NCBI GenBank assembly: GCA_964230645.1
Contig: CAXRHT010000001.1
Location: forward strand, 1-64,000
Length of the DNA stretch: 64,000 bases
Source of the DNA: Bdellovibrionales bacterium
GTDB taxonomy: Bacteria > Bdellovibrionota > Bdellovibrionia > Bdellovibrionales > JAGQZY01
Direction: 5' to 3'
In this document: positions 17,777 to 27,819 of the stretch, piece after piece
How the letters are laid out: each line of letters opens with the position of its first letter
Numbering within the stretch: position 1 is the stretch's first letter
Made by a program: the position numbers and the translations under genes
The notes under the pieces: model-generated
Seen by the model: only the letters and a program-made list of their open reading frames with translations
What the model was told of the DNA's origin: nothing
Databases searched by the model: none

Positions 17777-19210
17777 ATGAAACGTAGAGGATTTATCAAA
17801 ATAGGGGCCAGTGCATCTTTGTATATGTACGCAAATCCATCGGCCTTTGCAAAAAGTTTACCCAGAAAACCGAGACCTCCTTTCGAAATAAATCTGGAAG
17901 CCTCCAAAAGTCACTACCCACTCAGACCTGGAAATTCTACTGAAATGTTAACCTTTAAAGGTGAATCCTTAGGTTCTTTGTCCCCGTTATCAAAAGGTTC
18001 AGGTTTTTTAGGCCCTACCATCGAAGTGAATAAAGGACAAGGTTTAAAGATTAATTTTCGTAATCGGCTGAACGAAGAGTCTATCGTCCATTGGCATGGA
18101 CTTCACCTACCGGAAAACCAAGATGGCCACCCTTCTTTTGCTGTTGGCCCTGGGGAGACCTACAATTACCAATTTCAGGTTACAAATCGTGCCGGACTTT
18201 ACTGGTACCACCCTCATCCCCACGGGCGCACGGGCTTCCAGGTATACTCTGGCTTAGCGGGTCTGTTTGTGGTTCGTGATGAGGAAGAGAAAGCTCTTAA
18301 TCTGCCCTCAGGAGAAAATGAACTCTTTTTAGTCCTCCAAGACCGTCATCTTGATGAAAACAACCAACTTATTTATGTGCAGTCTGGCCACGACATTATG
18401 ATGGGTAAGGTGGGTGATCAATTAGTAGTGAACGGTTCTCTCGATAGAAGTCAAAAAGTTCGACAAGAAGCTTACCGACTTCGCCTCTTAAATGGCGGCA
18501 ATGCCTACCCTTATCGTTTGCAGTGGAGTGACGGGTCCCCGCTTCACCTGATTGGCACCGATGGTGGACTTCTAGAAAAACGCGAAGAGCTTGAAAATAT
18601 CCTGTTCACCCCTGGAGAGAGGCTCGATATTTTGGTTGATTTTTCGAATAAAAAAATGGGAGAGGAAATTGAACTTTTGAGTGTTCCGCTAGTGGAAAAT
18701 GAGAATTCGAAAGCTTTTAGCCTTTATAAATTTAAAGTTTCTGGTTCTGGAAGTACTCAATTTAAAATGCCAGAAAAGCTGTCCCATTATGAAAGAATTA
18801 ACCCTGAGGAAGCTTCCAATTTTAACAATCCAAAGGTTTTTCGTTTAGAGCCAAAAGCGGGGGTGGGTTGGACCATCGACGGCCTCCCCTATGAAATGAA
18901 TGAAGTGCGCCCTAAAGAACGGATTCCTTTGGGGAGCACGGAAATTTGGGAGTTTGATTTAACAAACTCAGGCATGATTCATCCAATGCACATTCACGGC
19001 TCTCCCTTTCAAGTCTTAGAAAGGATTCATGGGCCATTAAGCCAAGGCTTAGTGTTCGACAAGGGCTGGAAAGACACTGTCGCTGTATTACCGGGCGATC
19101 GCGTACGCGTGATTAAGCGCTTTGACGATTTTTCTGGTCAGTTTTTATTTCATTGCCATATTTTGGAACATGAAGATCATTCCATGATGAGAAATTTTGT
19201 TGTCGAATAA
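17777..19210 (+). CDS. Tat-exported multicopper oxidase (CueO-like)
   Basis: MKRRGFIK Tat motif, HWHG, WYHPH, HPMHIHG, HCHILEHEDHSMM. Confidence 0.93.
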   Translation: MKRRGFIKIGASASLYMYANPSAFAKSLPRKPRPPFEINLEASKSHYPLRPGNSTEMLTFKGESLGSLSPLSKGSGFLGPTIEVNKGQGLKINFRNRLNEESIVHWHGLHLPENQDGHPSFAVGPGETYNYQFQVTNRAGLYWYHPHPHGRTGFQVYSGLAGLFVVRDEEEKALNLPSGENELFLVLQDRHLDENNQLIYVQSGHDIMMGKVGDQLVVNGSLDRSQKVRQEAYRLRLLNGGNAYPYRLQWSDGSPLHLIGTDGGLLEKREELENILFTPGERLDILVDFSNKKMGEEIELLSVPLVENENSKAFSLYKFKVSGSGSTQFKMPEKLSHYERINPEEASNFNNPKVFRLEPKAGVGWTIDGLPYEMNEVRPKERIPLGSTEIWEFDLTNSGMIHPMHIHGSPFQVLERIHGPLSQGLVFDKGWKDTVAVLPGDRVRVIKRFDDFSGQFLFHCHILEHEDHSMMRNFVVE

Positions 19211-19225
19211 AGAAAAGGAGTTTTT

Positions 19226-19636
19226 ATGAAAATTGTTACACTTATGCTATCCCTACTAATTTCTTCCCATGTAACAGCTCATTCTAATAATGAGCTTGCA
19301 GAAGAAATGAAGACAATTGAAGAGCAATTTAAAGTCATCGCTGTAGGATTGCAATCAGGCACTCTTACGCAAGCCGAGTTAGACGCGTGCGAAAGCTTAC
19401 AGAAGAGTGTCTCGGTCGCCGCACAATACTATCCGCAAACAGCTACCTCAGACTCCTTAAAATTAACCTATATGGAATGGATGAATGAGTTGATGGGACT
19501 GGCACTGGAGTTAGAGGCAGAGATGGAAATTCAAGTACACGAAAACTCTCAAGACCTCACAGGTTCTCTTCGCCTTTTTCGAATGATTAACGAGGTGAGA
19601 AAAAAAGGACACGATCAATTCAAGGAAAGCCATTAA
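19226..19636 (+). CDS. Cytochrome b562-like four-helix protein
   Basis: Signal peptide, N-terminal EEM, C-terminal RKKGHDQF. Confidence 0.65.
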   Translation: MKIVTLMLSLLISSHVTAHSNNELAEEMKTIEEQFKVIAVGLQSGTLTQAELDACESLQKSVSVAAQYYPQTATSDSLKLTYMEWMNELMGLALELEAEMEIQVHENSQDLTGSLRLFRMINEVRKKGHDQFKESH

Positions 19637-19648
19637 GAAAGGCTTTTC

Positions 19649-20101
19649 TTAGTCGTGCTCAACCTCGTCAATTTGAGTTTGTATTTTTAGGTTCTTAAAG
19701 TCGAGGCGGCTTGTTGGATCTAGCTCTTGGATATTAAAAAGTTGTAAAGCTTTTTGCTCGTCGCGCTCAAAAACCACCACAACTTCTCCTGGGCGCTCAA
19801 TGAGCACCCCGAGAGCTCGATGAAGTTTTTCTTCGCAATCATCAAAGTAGGAGATCCATAAAGGATCCGGCCTTGAAGTTTGTCTTTCCACATAAGAAAT
19901 ATTTGTAAGCACTTTTAAATATTCCCCCCAGATAAAATGGTCTCCACAGTGTATGGTGGCTGTTTTCATATTGGATTTTCTAATACGAAAATTATGGGGA
20001 CTAGTGCGGCCGACATATTCGTAGATCTCGAGCCGAGAATTGTCATCGGCCAAAAGCTCTAAACAGAAGAACAACGAGATAAAGAGGATAAAGACTTTCA
20101 T
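19649..20101 (-). CDS. Secreted hypothetical protein
   Basis: Signal peptide, ORF length, upstream sigma54 motif. Confidence 0.6.
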   Translation of the reverse strand: MKVFILFISLFFCLELLADDNSRLEIYEYVGRTSPHNFRIRKSNMKTATIHCGDHFIWGEYLKVLTNISYVERQTSRPDPLWISYFDDCEEKLHRALGVLIERPGEVVVVFERDEQKALQLFNIQELDPTSRLDFKNLKIQTQIDEVEHD

Positions 20102-20113
20102 AACATTCTACAC

Positions 20114-20129
20114 TGCAATTTCAGTACCG
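20114..20129 (-). promoter_or_regulatory. Putative sigma54 promoter
   Basis: CGGTAC-TGAAA-TTGCA on minus strand (GG-N10-GC). Confidence 0.5.
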
Positions 20130-20140
20130 AGCCGAATAGG

Positions 20141-20758
20141 CTACTCACTCTTAGTTCTTAAGCCTTGCACAAGGACTGCCACCATCATTTTTATAAAGGC
20201 CTCCCCTTGGGTTCTCCCGGCCATGGTTAAATTCAGTTCTGATTTTGTCTCTAATGAAGCGTAGCCATGTGTGAAGGACCACAAAAGAAGTCCTAAATCT
20301 TCAGGCTTCATTGTCTGCGGAAGAAGATCTGAGTCCTGACAGACTTCTATAACTCTGAGATATTCTCTGTGGAGTTCTTCGACTGATCTCATGAACTCTC
20401 TTTTTTCGAAATGACCTTTTTGGTCGCCACGATCAAACATGGCGGTGAGATGATAGGGAAAGTTCTGTGCAAATCTAAAATAAGAGTGCACGGTTTTTTC
20501 CAAAAGAATCTGCGGGTCGGACTCATACTTTTGCACAAGGTAATTTAAACTCTCAGAGAGCTTTTCATAGCCTTCGATCGCCACAAACTCTAAGAGTTCC
20601 TCTATGGTTTTAAAATGCCTATAGGCTGTCATATGGGAAAGGCCTGCGCCTGAGGCAATCTCTCTGTAATTGAGTTGGGATGGCGGCTTTTCCTTTAAAA
20701 GGTTTAAAGCGGCATCGATGAGCTTTTGCTTGGCTTTGCTTTTTTCAGGCATGAACAC
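20141..20758 (-). CDS. TetR-family regulator (WHG-type C-terminus)
   Basis: REIASGAGLSHMTAYRHF HTH; WSFTHG. Confidence 0.9.
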   Translation of the reverse strand: MFMPEKSKAKQKLIDAALNLLKEKPPSQLNYREIASGAGLSHMTAYRHFKTIEELLEFVAIEGYEKLSESLNYLVQKYESDPQILLEKTVHSYFRFAQNFPYHLTAMFDRGDQKGHFEKREFMRSVEELHREYLRVIEVCQDSDLLPQTMKPEDLGLLLWSFTHGYASLETKSELNLTMAGRTQGEAFIKMMVAVLVQGLRTKSE

Positions 20759-20764
20759 CTTCCT

Positions 20765-20866
20765 TGTTACATGGAGTAACAGTGCGAGTCCACCCCTTTA
20801 CAGTACTTTCGTTGAATAATGAGAATGGGTTGGACCTTTGCACTTTAAAATGTTACATTTGTAACA
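20765..20866. promoter_or_regulatory. Two TetR-type operator palindromes
   Basis: TGTTAC-N5-GTAACA at 20765-20781 and TGTTAC-N4-GTAACA at 20851-20866. Confidence 0.7.
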
Positions 20867-20914
20867 CTAGAGAATCAAGGGATAGGGGTTTTCTGTTTTA
20901 AACAGGATGGTTGA

Positions 20915-21775
20915 ATGGAAATTAAAATACCCGATTTATTTGCAAAAAGAGAACAACGTCGATTTTTAGCTCTACAGATCGCTAAAAGAATTGGAAACCC
21001 ACCGCTGCTGGCCCACTTCTCTGGCCGACTTCTAATGACTCCACCACAAGTGGTAAAAAGTAAAAGTGCCGTAAGCTTTCTAAAAACAGGAATGAAAAGA
21101 GAGATCCCCTACAAGAGCAAAAAGCTCATGGCTTGGTCCTGGGGAGAGGGTCCAATGGCCCTTCTCGTTCACGGTTGGGGTGGATATGGCGCTCAACTAA
21201 GAGGTTTTGTTGAGCCCCTCGTATCCACGGGGCACCAGGTAGTAAGCTTTGATGCCTACGGGCACGGAGAAAGTGATGGAAGACTCTCCTCTGTGATCCA
21301 TATTTCGGACTCAATACAAGCTGTCCTTGAAACTCTCGGCAAAAAACCTAAAACGATCGTCGCCCACTCGATGGGAACTTCCGCTCTCCTCCTTAACATG
21401 GCCCAATATAAAACCCCTGTTGAGAGTGTTAATTTAATAAGTCCTCCCCTGGAAGGTCCCTTAGCTCACTCCAAAAAGTTCGCTCGCCTGGTAGGAATCA
21501 ACGAAAACCAAAGGCGCGAAATGCAAGAACAAATTGAGTGGAAGTTGGATCACCCTTGGGAAGAATTAGAAATTCCCTACTTACTTGAGAGCATTAAAGA
21601 TAAAAAAACTCTTCTTATTCACGATCTAGAAGACCCTATGACTCCTTTTACCAACACGGTGAAAATGGCCTCCTACCTTAATGATGTTACTATTCTTGAA
21701 ACGAAAGGTTATGGACACTACAAAATTCTGAACCATAAAAAGGTCATTGAAAAAGTCGTTGAACAGGTTCGGTAA
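20915..21775 (+). CDS. Alpha/beta hydrolase
   Basis: HGWGG, AHSMG nucleophile elbow, HD..D, GHYKIL. Confidence 0.9.
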   Translation: MEIKIPDLFAKREQRRFLALQIAKRIGNPPLLAHFSGRLLMTPPQVVKSKSAVSFLKTGMKREIPYKSKKLMAWSWGEGPMALLVHGWGGYGAQLRGFVEPLVSTGHQVVSFDAYGHGESDGRLSSVIHISDSIQAVLETLGKKPKTIVAHSMGTSALLLNMAQYKTPVESVNLISPPLEGPLAHSKKFARLVGINENQRREMQEQIEWKLDHPWEELEIPYLLESIKDKKTLLIHDLEDPMTPFTNTVKMASYLNDVTILETKGYGHYKILNHKKVIEKVVEQVR

Positions 21776-21779
21776 ATTT

Positions 21780-23543
21780 TTAGTTGGTTTGATTACACTG
21801 AAGGCGGTCATTAATAGCCGTGCCATCTTCAAGAGTTCCCCGAATTTGTACAAGACCTGGCAAGCTGTTTAAAAGCTCAATGGAAAGGTCATGAGCACGG
21901 CTATAAAAAACTCCCTCAGTGGATTCCTCTTCTAGTGGCAAAGCGATCGTCTGCACGCGCTCAAGGTCTTGCGCTTGGGCTCTTCCTAAAACCAAAACCC
22001 CATAGGGTTTCGTTTCAAGGTTTTTTAAAGAGCTCACCGCCAAAACCTCATTGATTGGCGATTCGTTGACGGCCTTGAAACTCTGAATAAGGCTTGGCGC
22101 TTGACTCGCAACGACACTCACCTCGGACAAGGCACCCAACGAAGCTAGGTTTTCAGCGACAAACTGACCCTCTGCAAAAGCGGTGTATTTGTCGTTGAGA
22201 ACCTTTAAAGAAAGAGCCTGATCTAAAATCGCCGGTGTGTAAATTTTTGATCGAAACTGACCATCGATATTGGCTTGTACCCTTTGCGGCCTTGCCCCCA
22301 ATGTCACATTCTCGCTAAGGCCGTTGGAGACACTGATATCAAGCTGTGAAAAGCTTTCCTGCAAAGAATAGTTTAAATTGATATAGCCATCACTAATGGG
22401 TCTTACTGTATGGTCGATACTCAGTGTTTCTGAGCCTCGTGCTTGTGCCGTGCCAGTGGTTGCAATATAGGAAGTGGGCGAGGCTAGAGCCTCCACCTGT
22501 GCTCCCCAGAATAAAACACCAGGATGATTACTCCCCGTATAGAGACCACTTGCAAGAGAGGGATTAAACAGTTCTAACTTAACTCTTGATTGATTCGGGC
22601 CTGAGAGATTACCAGAAGGTGCAGACACACTCAGCCTCACCCAGCCGTTTGGATATGAGGTGGCCGTACAGTTGGATAAAGAGGCCCGACCGTTGACGAA
22701 AATTTCTCCCGTCTCAAAGGAGTAACTGCAGCGATAATCGTTTCCCTGCACATTGTAGATACGAACGGAAAAACCTCGTCCCGCCTGCAGTTCTTTAATG
22801 TAAACGGAAAAACTGTAATCCGTGGCTGGGTTTAAATTCAGTGTTTGTTGCACATAGTGGTAGTTGGTGAAGGTACCCTCGCTGAGTACAAACGCCCCTT
22901 GATTGTTTTCTGGATCTAACTGACTCCCACTTTGGACGAGATTGCTCCGCACCAAATCCCATACGGGATCAAGGAAATCTTGAGAATGCAGTAAAACATT
23001 ACTTGAACTAGGTTCAATCAAAAGGCCCCTACTCCCATTGGGCCCTTGAACATTGAGTCTCGGAGTATTTACCGGAAAGGTTTCAAGAACACCCGTGCTC
23101 GGATTCCAAGCTTTAGCTGGCGTGGTTCTAGAGAGGCTCACTCCCGCTGGAAGTGTTGGCGACTGGAAATTGGCTTCGTATTGCGCACTTTCCAATGTGT
23201 CACCCGGTTTGGTTAAAATAAAATCAAGTCCCTCTTCGAAGTCTGCATTTTCGGACCGACAATAAAAACTCACATCGCGAAGGTGGCCATCTTGCGAGGT
23301 TACAATCGAGGTAAAATTAATGTCAAGCTGATAACTGCTGTCGTTAGAAACATCTGTGACGTAATCAATAGGGATCGTGGCCTTTCCTTCATGACCACTA
23401 CCGTTACCATAGAGCGTGCCACGACTGTTCTGAGGAACTTCCTCAAAGTTTTTTGAGTCACTACAGTTCTGGAAGGCAAAGACTAAAATAAGGCCGATCG
23501 CCAGATATTTTATTTTTTGAATCGCTCTTAAACCCTGAAACAA
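21780..23543 (-). CDS. Exported FQNC-type protein with phage fibre/spike-like central domain
   Basis: FAFQNC, GNGSGHEGK; GLLIEPSSSNVLLHS...SVYIK...NGWVR...WGAQVE...PTSYIATT. Confidence 0.7.
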   Translation of the reverse strand: MFQGLRAIQKIKYLAIGLILVFAFQNCSDSKNFEEVPQNSRGTLYGNGSGHEGKATIPIDYVTDVSNDSSYQLDINFTSIVTSQDGHLRDVSFYCRSENADFEEGLDFILTKPGDTLESAQYEANFQSPTLPAGVSLSRTTPAKAWNPSTGVLETFPVNTPRLNVQGPNGSRGLLIEPSSSNVLLHSQDFLDPVWDLVRSNLVQSGSQLDPENNQGAFVLSEGTFTNYHYVQQTLNLNPATDYSFSVYIKELQAGRGFSVRIYNVQGNDYRCSYSFETGEIFVNGRASLSNCTATSYPNGWVRLSVSAPSGNLSGPNQSRVKLELFNPSLASGLYTGSNHPGVLFWGAQVEALASPTSYIATTGTAQARGSETLSIDHTVRPISDGYINLNYSLQESFSQLDISVSNGLSENVTLGARPQRVQANIDGQFRSKIYTPAILDQALSLKVLNDKYTAFAEGQFVAENLASLGALSEVSVVASQAPSLIQSFKAVNESPINEVLAVSSLKNLETKPYGVLVLGRAQAQDLERVQTIALPLEEESTEGVFYSRAHDLSIELLNSLPGLVQIRGTLEDGTAINDRLQCNQTN

Positions 23544-23693
23544 AGGCCCCTCCCCTTCCTAAAATTGTAGCATAAACCATTAAGTTTTTTCATTGAATCT
23601 TTTACCTAACTATCTAATTTTTCAGCTTTATTCCTATTTTAAGGCACTCTTGTTCACACTTTAAGCAACCTCTGCCTTTAATTGAGACAAACT

Positions 23694-23724
23694 AAAAAGG
23701 ACCTCCCCATGAGAGGGAAGGTCC
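23694..23724 (-). terminator. Intrinsic terminator of pectate lyase gene
   Basis: GGACCTTCCC/GGGGAGGTCC stem plus T tract on minus strand. Confidence 0.75.
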
Positions 23725-23744
23725 AAAAAAGGAATTCAGCGAAA

Positions 23745-26015
23745 TTACTTAAAATCAATCCAATCCAAACGACAGGGCTCGGCGTCGCCGGATTGACATT
23801 GAATTTCCACTTTCGTTCCTTTTTTAAGTTCGAGATCGCTAAGGGTTCTTGAGTCCAAAGTTTGACTGTTTGCCAAGCGATGGCCTAAATCTTTGTCCGT
23901 ACGGAACTGCAAAACTTCTTTGCCATCGATAAGGATCTTGTACTCACTGACCCCATCGTTTTCGTCATAGAAGTTTAAAGTAAGATCCATTTTAGTCAGC
24001 TCCCCTTGGTATTCAAAGCTTGCCGAACCGGAACCACGATTACTCGTTTGAATGAAATAGTCGCCTTGGGCTCCGCCATTGCTCTTCACACTGTAATCGC
24101 CTTGCAAATCAAGATCTTCAGCTTCAATACTAAAAGGATCGACTTCTACATAATCAGGAACTTCTGTAAGTGAGTCCGTTTGATCAAGAACAAGATAGTC
24201 GGTTCTTAAAGGCTCTCCTCCATCTCCTCTTCCAGAAAGAGTGATCACATCACCGGTATTAAGTACTAGGTTTTCAATACGTCTTGAGGTTTGAGCTTCC
24301 ACTCCGGCAAGCCTTGTCCCAAAGTCTTTATCCCAAGTCCAAAGATCCACTCTCTGATCATTGAGGTAAACGGCCATCTGACTCTCACCATCATTTTCGT
24401 CGAAGTAAACAACATCGAGATTGTAAACTCCACTGGGACCATCGAAAGTCAGTTGTGCCTGGGCCTCATTTTTAGATTGTAACCACTTCCCATTGGATGC
24501 CGAACCTGAGGACTGAATCGAAAAGCCATCAAGGATTTCTAGATCTTCCGCCTCTACCATCATGCGAATAAGATTTTGATTCTCACTGCCTTCATCTTCA
24601 TTCTGAGAGGGGTCATCTTCTTCTACTGGGTCCCCAGGACCTTCAATCGTGTTACCGTCAATAAGCGCATTAATATACTCTTCGATATTGGTATAACCAT
24701 TACCATTATGATCATTGCTCGCATCATCCCTATTTGGATTCATCCCATGGGATTTTTCGAAAGAATCTGGCATACCATCCCCATCGGAATCAACAGGGGC
24801 CTGACCTTTTGGATAATTGTCATAGCCACCCACATCTTCTTGGGAATCTATATAGCGAGCCACCTCATTTTTGACATCATTGATAATACGCTTATCGGTG
24901 TTGTCTCTTGAAGGCCATCTCGCTCCTGCGTTGTTGAAAACATGGGAACGTAGCTGAGACACTGCGATCTCCGGAGTTCCCGAAGACGGAAATATTGGGC
25001 TTGATGTGACGTTACTAAGATCACCTCCCGCGATTTCAGATTCCTCGTATGATTCAGAGGTTCTATAAATATTATCTAGGTTCCCTTTCAAGTACATCTT
25101 GGTATTACCACCAGCCACGCGAATGGGCTCACGATCTCGAGAATTCTTAGTAAGATGAAGAAAGTTTTTAATAAAGTGAGCCTTCAAGTTTGAGCCTGTC
25201 TCAACCGTATGAAAAAAACCAAAACAATAATTGTTAATAAATTCAAAAGAACTGGTATCTTTAACGAGGGGGCAACGAAATCGGCCGTTAGAAAACAGAT
25301 TTCTTGCGACAGTGATTTTCCCAGGCCCCGCATCGCCTGACTTACCACCGACGACCATTCCCATGGCATGCTCGCCTTTCGGGTGTTTACTATTTCTTAA
25401 TGGTTCAGCGATAATATTATTGGAATAGGTCATTTTTTGGACATTACCCCAAACAGAAGCTAACTCATCGATTGACCAAGACATACTGCTGCTATCGACA
25501 ATCACATTTTCAATAAGGCGAGTTCCTTTACCGATCGATATCCCATCTCGATTTTCGTAGGAGCGATCGCCAAAATCTTGATCTCCCGGGCGAAACCTCA
25601 TTCCTCGAATAATAACGTTACTCGACTCGACTCTGAGGCGAGAACCTCTCAATGCAATTCCATTTCCAGGGGCTGTTTGCCCGGCGATGGTAATATCACC
25701 ATTTTCAAGTGCCAAAGGAGACTTTAAACTAATCAGACCCCCGACATCGAAAACTACAATACGGGGACCACTGGCTTTAATAGCGGCTCTTAAGCTCCCA
25801 GGCCCTGAATCATTGGTATTTCTCACATGGATAACACGTCCCCCGCGTCCTCCGGTCGCCTCGGCCCCAAACCCGATGGCTCCTGGAAAAGCTTTAACTT
25901 GTTTTGTCGCAGCCGCCAAGACTCTTGATGAATCCTGCTTGTCCGCTTGATGGAGACTTTCTATTTGTCCACACCCACACAAAAGTATTAAAATTAATGA
26001 AAAGACTAAAAACAT
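23745..26015 (-). CDS. Pectate lyase (PL1-like) lipoprotein with two C-terminal CBM-like modules
   Basis: AFPGA.GFGA..TGGRGG, DSGPGSLR, TIAGQTAPG, SWSIDE, DSDGDGMPD, two EAEDL...DENDG repeats. Confidence 0.85.
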   Translation of the reverse strand: MFLVFSLILILLCGCGQIESLHQADKQDSSRVLAAATKQVKAFPGAIGFGAEATGGRGGRVIHVRNTNDSGPGSLRAAIKASGPRIVVFDVGGLISLKSPLALENGDITIAGQTAPGNGIALRGSRLRVESSNVIIRGMRFRPGDQDFGDRSYENRDGISIGKGTRLIENVIVDSSSMSWSIDELASVWGNVQKMTYSNNIIAEPLRNSKHPKGEHAMGMVVGGKSGDAGPGKITVARNLFSNGRFRCPLVKDTSSFEFINNYCFGFFHTVETGSNLKAHFIKNFLHLTKNSRDREPIRVAGGNTKMYLKGNLDNIYRTSESYEESEIAGGDLSNVTSSPIFPSSGTPEIAVSQLRSHVFNNAGARWPSRDNTDKRIINDVKNEVARYIDSQEDVGGYDNYPKGQAPVDSDGDGMPDSFEKSHGMNPNRDDASNDHNGNGYTNIEEYINALIDGNTIEGPGDPVEEDDPSQNEDEGSENQNLIRMMVEAEDLEILDGFSIQSSGSASNGKWLQSKNEAQAQLTFDGPSGVYNLDVVYFDENDGESQMAVYLNDQRVDLWTWDKDFGTRLAGVEAQTSRRIENLVLNTGDVITLSGRGDGGEPLRTDYLVLDQTDSLTEVPDYVEVDPFSIEAEDLDLQGDYSVKSNGGAQGDYFIQTSNRGSGSASFEYQGELTKMDLTLNFYDENDGVSEYKILIDGKEVLQFRTDKDLGHRLANSQTLDSRTLSDLELKKGTKVEIQCQSGDAEPCRLDWIDFK

Positions 26016-26210
26016 TTCCCACCTCCCAAATTGGTTGTCCTATTCAGTATCTACAATTGGGCTCATGGTTTTAACTTACATTTTTGGCGAGAATATTTCT
26101 TTGAAAGATTAGCAGGTTACATGCGAAAGGCTCGAATTTCACTTTTTAACTTTCTCAATTTGATACAAACTTATTGAAACCTATCACCCTGAATAGGTGA
26201 AATAAGAAAC

Positions 26211-27710
26211 CTAACCCACCTTTTTATAAGCAGGAAAGTGGTAGCGAGTATTCTTCCCAAGACCAGAGCGTACAAGATCCTTGTTCTCGACTTTTTCCTT
26301 TAACCAACGATTGGTCGACCTTTCTGACATCTCAAGAATTGTTTTTGCTTCTGAGGCTTTAAATGCTTCTTCGTGGCGGAGTTTTTTTGATAGTAGCAAA
26401 AGTCTTTGATCGTCAAAACTCAAAACCTTTACTTCTTGAGGGACTATTAAGCGCACAGGTTTTTCTGCGAACAGACGATAGCCTGAAGCACTTCCTAAAA
26501 CTTTGAAGCCTAGATCAGCGCTTTCGACCTTTTCATTGAATCGAAAAACACATTGATGAATTCTGTTGGGAGAAGTGAAGGGATCATAATACTCATCTTT
26601 AATAATCTCACCAAAGAGCTCTCCCACTTTGATCGGCTTATAGGAATCTGAAGCTAGGGAGGCTAGAAGACTCCACTCAGCTTCGGTTAGCTTAACAGAT
26701 TGAGAACTTGCCTTTTTCCGCACCTTTTTTTGCGAAAAATCAATTAAGGTCGAATTCATTTCCTTTGGCCCGATATGAAAACTAAACTCTTCTGGTAAAT
26801 TGTAGAGAGGAAGTTCTTCAAGTCTCTGTTTAAAAGAACCAAAGGGCGTTCCGAAATAAACTCTATTAAAAAGGTTCTGATCTTGGTAGTTGCTTACAAA
26901 ATGGTAGTGAACATCTCTACAGGTCTCCCACTCCTCCTGCGATCTCGCTTGCAAAAAAACTCGTTCAAGGGCTTCTTTACCACGAGAATCTTGGACTGAT
27001 TTCGCCGTCATCACTGCTTGCCACTTTGCAATCCAAAGATTGAGTAGATGACCACTGTCTTTAGATTGCTTCGAGGCCCTTGCAAGAAGATCAGAGGCCC
27101 TATCAAAACGCCCCGTCAGCACGAATATTTCTGCCTGCTGCTCAGTTCCTAAATTGATCAAAAGTTTTCTTTCCTCAGAAAAAGCATAATCTAAAACTTG
27201 ATCTAAATATCTCTGCGCCTCTTCGAACTTTTTAAGATAAATACAAGCTGAGACCAAATTGGAAAGCCCCACCATCCTGCGATACTCTGGGACTTCTTGT
27301 CTGCCAATAAATTCCTTAAGGAAGGCATAGGCCGGAGCATAGTCCCACCTGGTAAAGTGAACCAAGCTGCTGAAGAAAAAAGCACCCGCATGATTTCGTT
27401 TTCTTAAAGGTTCTAATAAATTTTCAGCCTCCTGGTAAAGGCCAATTCTATTAAGGGAGAACGCATAGTCGGCTTTTTCACCGTTAGTTGCCGGATCATC
27501 TCGATGCACCTGTTTTAATACCAAAGGTCCTAAGATTTTCAGAGAACGATGAATCATACCGCAGCGCCTTGAAAGATTGGAGGCGCGTAGAAGCTCGGAG
27601 CGAGGAATCTCCTCGAGAGCAATGGAGAGCATTTGCTTTTTAGCCTTTGAAAAATGTCCCATTTGGATACAGTTTTCTATTTCAGTCAGTGCTTCTCGGA
27701 TAGGACTCAT
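26211..27710 (-). CDS. TPR-like plus winged-helix putative regulator
   Basis: Helical repeats, OmpR-like L..LL..L / NRIHQ...R segment, C-terminal SERSTNRWL...G.GKNTRY. Confidence 0.6.
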   Translation of the reverse strand: MSPIREALTEIENCIQMGHFSKAKKQMLSIALEEIPRSELLRASNLSRRCGMIHRSLKILGPLVLKQVHRDDPATNGEKADYAFSLNRIGLYQEAENLLEPLRKRNHAGAFFFSSLVHFTRWDYAPAYAFLKEFIGRQEVPEYRRMVGLSNLVSACIYLKKFEEAQRYLDQVLDYAFSEERKLLINLGTEQQAEIFVLTGRFDRASDLLARASKQSKDSGHLLNLWIAKWQAVMTAKSVQDSRGKEALERVFLQARSQEEWETCRDVHYHFVSNYQDQNLFNRVYFGTPFGSFKQRLEELPLYNLPEEFSFHIGPKEMNSTLIDFSQKKVRKKASSQSVKLTEAEWSLLASLASDSYKPIKVGELFGEIIKDEYYDPFTSPNRIHQCVFRFNEKVESADLGFKVLGSASGYRLFAEKPVRLIVPQEVKVLSFDDQRLLLLSKKLRHEEAFKASEAKTILEMSERSTNRWLKEKVENKDLVRSGLGKNTRYHFPAYKKVG

Positions 27711-27819
27711 AAGGTTTTATCGTCTTTTTCGCCAAAAACATAAGTGACACTGGACCTTGTGATCCCATTAGATTTTATTTCAGCCCACCCACATTATAAA
27801 AACTTCAAAGAATCCTGGA

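Noticed and set aside
21780..23543. Prophage
   Set aside because: Only one phage-like domain; no capsid, terminase, portal or integrase nearby
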